Below are positions 63,301-64,000 of a stretch of 64,000 nt of DNA, piece after piece. Both the position numbers and the translations under genes were made by a program. This DNA is from Pseudomonadales bacterium (lineage in GTDB: Bacteria > Pseudomonadota > Gammaproteobacteria > Pseudomonadales > Azotimanducaceae), in contig JBGSQB010000090.1 in assembly GCA_041738285.1 (NCBI GenBank), positions 9,980 to 73,979 on the forward strand. The letters are read 5' to 3'. Within the stretch, counting starts at the first letter, position 1, and each line of letters opens with the position of its first letter. Below the pieces are notes generated by a model. It was not told where the DNA came from, did not search any database, and was given only the letters and a program-made list of their open reading frames with translations.

Positions 63301-63931
63301 CAATTACCTCTCGAACCGTGGCGGCGAACTGATCGAAGAGCTGCCGCTCATGCTGGTGGAGGATCAGCCCTACATTCACTACCGCAAGGGTTCGCTGTCG
63401 ATGTACGCGCTCAAGGACGCGATCGGGGAAGCCAACGTCAACCTCGCATTGCGGCGCTTTCTGGACAAGTACGCGTTCAAGTCGACACCGTTCCCGCGCT
63501 CCGGCGACCTGATCGATGAGTTCCGCGCAGTGGCTGCGCCGGAACGTCAGCAGCTCATCACCGATCTGTTCGAGAGGATCGTGTTGTGGGATCTGAAAGT
63601 GACCGAGGCCACGACCGAGTATCTGGGCGACGGTCGAACGCGGGTGGCGCTGACTGTTGATGCCAAGCAATTCGAAGCCGACGGGGCAGGGCGGGAGACG
63701 GAAGTACCCATGGACTCGGCAATCGACATCGGGGTGTTTCCGGAAGGCAGTGGCGCACGGGGCGATGACGACTTGCCGGAGCCGTTGTACTTCGGCCGTC
63801 ATCAGATCAGGTCTGGCGAAAACGCGATTGCCGTGACCGTCGATGGACTGCCGGCGCGCGTCGGCGTCGATCCTTACAGCAAGCGGATCGATCGCAACCC
63901 TGACGACAATCTGCGCTCGGTTGCGCGGTGA
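60359..63931 (+). CDS. Fusion: ABC-2-type polytopic permease + M1-family (gluzincin) peptidase domain
   Basis: The N-terminal ~560 aa are highly hydrophobic and multi-TM. The C-terminal half carries HELAHQWWGH...LVETLAQY (HExxH plus distal Glu). Confidence 0.85.
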   Translation: MFYEVFKFECRYQLRSPLFGIVSLVFALLAFLAMASENVTVGGGTDNLNLNASFTIVQTHFVFSIIAMFAAVAFVATPFTRDHELKSFEMIVASGVSPRSFLAGRFTGGLLFALLAACAPIVGTLIATAMPWLDPQRIAPLDLEPYLFSVWGVMLPAIFIVGSIVASVAALTRSMLAAYTTLVALIVGWIVASVNTDAETIRLTALFDPFGSIAFGEVTRYWTVFEKNTLVPALAGTLLTNRMIWVSVALVAIAVTTTRFQFTAGERSKHAKAEQVTHARTAPVSNVVLATPRFDRWLALRQVASQVRMDLLGVFKSFPFYVLLFFALMNVINGFVAAVSQLFGTPLIPVTRVMLSLIESMYTFMTVLIVIYYAGELVHRERQHGVSNYVDAMPFANGVMVLGKIIALWLIVATVLIVGMCAAMVAQLLSGYTNLEPGLYLFGLFVHQGTLLFLLGVVAVAVQAVVANRFVGMLAIVVLFFATGALDSLGYEHPLYQFGTPESPLSDMNGWGHFLEPMLTIAAYWALVMVLVGVVAHLFMRRGVVGGYSERFAEARRRFTPGIGTASTAALLGAIGIGGWIFYNTNVLNLYRTGDDLEALQAAYEQKYKQHESMASPEAVDVEAEVDIFPEERRIESRGRAVFVNVHPGAIDEINVGVPRLLRVNSLVVPDATLLSNDAELGYRRYRLAQPLLPGAQMTLTWDLSWLNPGFVHARSSTRVVENGTFVNNTEIMPYVGYSSNLELTDNNTRRKYDLPPVERLPKYDAASEFAASQFGVRTRTQFKARISTAADQTAIAPGYLTREWIEGDRRLFDYAMDDAIWPFFSFMSARYAVARDRWNDVALEVFFHPGHAFNVERMLQASKESLDYFTREFSPYQYRQFRIIEFPAYERFAQAFPNTIPYSEAIGFIADLSKDEYIDYVYYVTAHELAHQWWGHQVVGRYAQGMTVLVETLAQYSALMVMEHAYGPHKMRRFLKYELDNYLSNRGGELIEELPLMLVEDQPYIHYRKGSLSMYALKDAIGEANVNLALRRFLDKYAFKSTPFPRSGDLIDEFRAVAAPERQQLITDLFERIVLWDLKVTEATTEYLGDGRTRVALTVDAKQFEADGAGRETEVPMDSAIDIGVFPEGSGARGDDDLPEPLYFGRHQIRSGENAIAVTVDGLPARVGVDPYSKRIDRNPDDNLRSVAR

Positions 63932-64000
63932 CTGTATTCGGTCAGCGTGACTACGGCGTGCGCTTCGACTGGGGCTTGCAGGGACTCGGCGCGATAGCGC
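63928..64000 (+). CDS. Partial CDS (runs off the right edge), possibly 2-phosphosulfolactate-phosphatase (ComB)-family
   Basis: GTG 63928 forms a GTGA overlap with the upstream stop. It reads VTVFGQRDYGVRFDWGLQGLGAIA, which resembles ComB-family N-termini as I recall them. Only 24 codons are visible. Confidence 0.3.
   Translation, partial: MTVFGQRDYGVRFDWGLQGLGAIA

Overview
GC-rich (about 60-65% by eye, not computed), densely coding chromosomal segment, most likely from a hydrocarbon/lipid-degrading Gammaproteobacterium; that lineage guess rests only on gene content and a Pseudomonas-type REP pair. I call about 58 protein genes. They are dominated by acyl-CoA and lipid catabolism: 2 paralogous acyl-CoA dehydrogenases, 2 crotonases, 3 AMP-forming CoA ligases, a thiolase+DUF35 pair, several SDRs, 2 LLM oxidoreductases and a P450. 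There are also many transporters: a TonB-dependent receptor, SulP, CaCA, a Kef-type CPA2, a MacB-type ABC system with its adaptor, an RND pump with its adaptor, and an ABC-2 permease fused to an M1 peptidase. Regulators are a TetR, an ArsR and an ECF sigma/anti-sigma pair. I found no rRNA, tRNA, CRISPR array, transposase, integrase or phage gene, and no recognisable defence island, so most of the window is ordinary catabolic chromosome. I do not see a clear novel multi-gene system. The items that ordinary annotation does not explain are: (1) a self-contained 180-bp mini-gene at 30.4-30.6 kb, with a promoter, a 13-nt perfect anti-SD complement, an 11-codon ORF and a terminator, bracketed by 9-bp direct repeats; (2) a family of nested palindromic intergenic elements sharing a GGGACAGTT(G/T)AC core at four loci, one of which supplies the stop codons of both flanking genes; (3) a tightly coupled operon pairing an APH-type kinase with a divergent enolase paralog; (4) an ArsR with a C-terminal Cys cluster, divergent from an ArsI/CadI::GNAT fusion across an AT-rich repeat-laden operator; (5) a signal-peptide-perfect small lipoprotein ORF with no canonical start codon, downstream of the ECF pair; (6) the ABC-2::M1 peptidase fusion with a degenerate exopeptidase motif. 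Start codons were chosen by eye from SD spacing, overlap with the upstream stop and family N-termini. All family calls come from motif recognition in the supplied translations, with no database searches.
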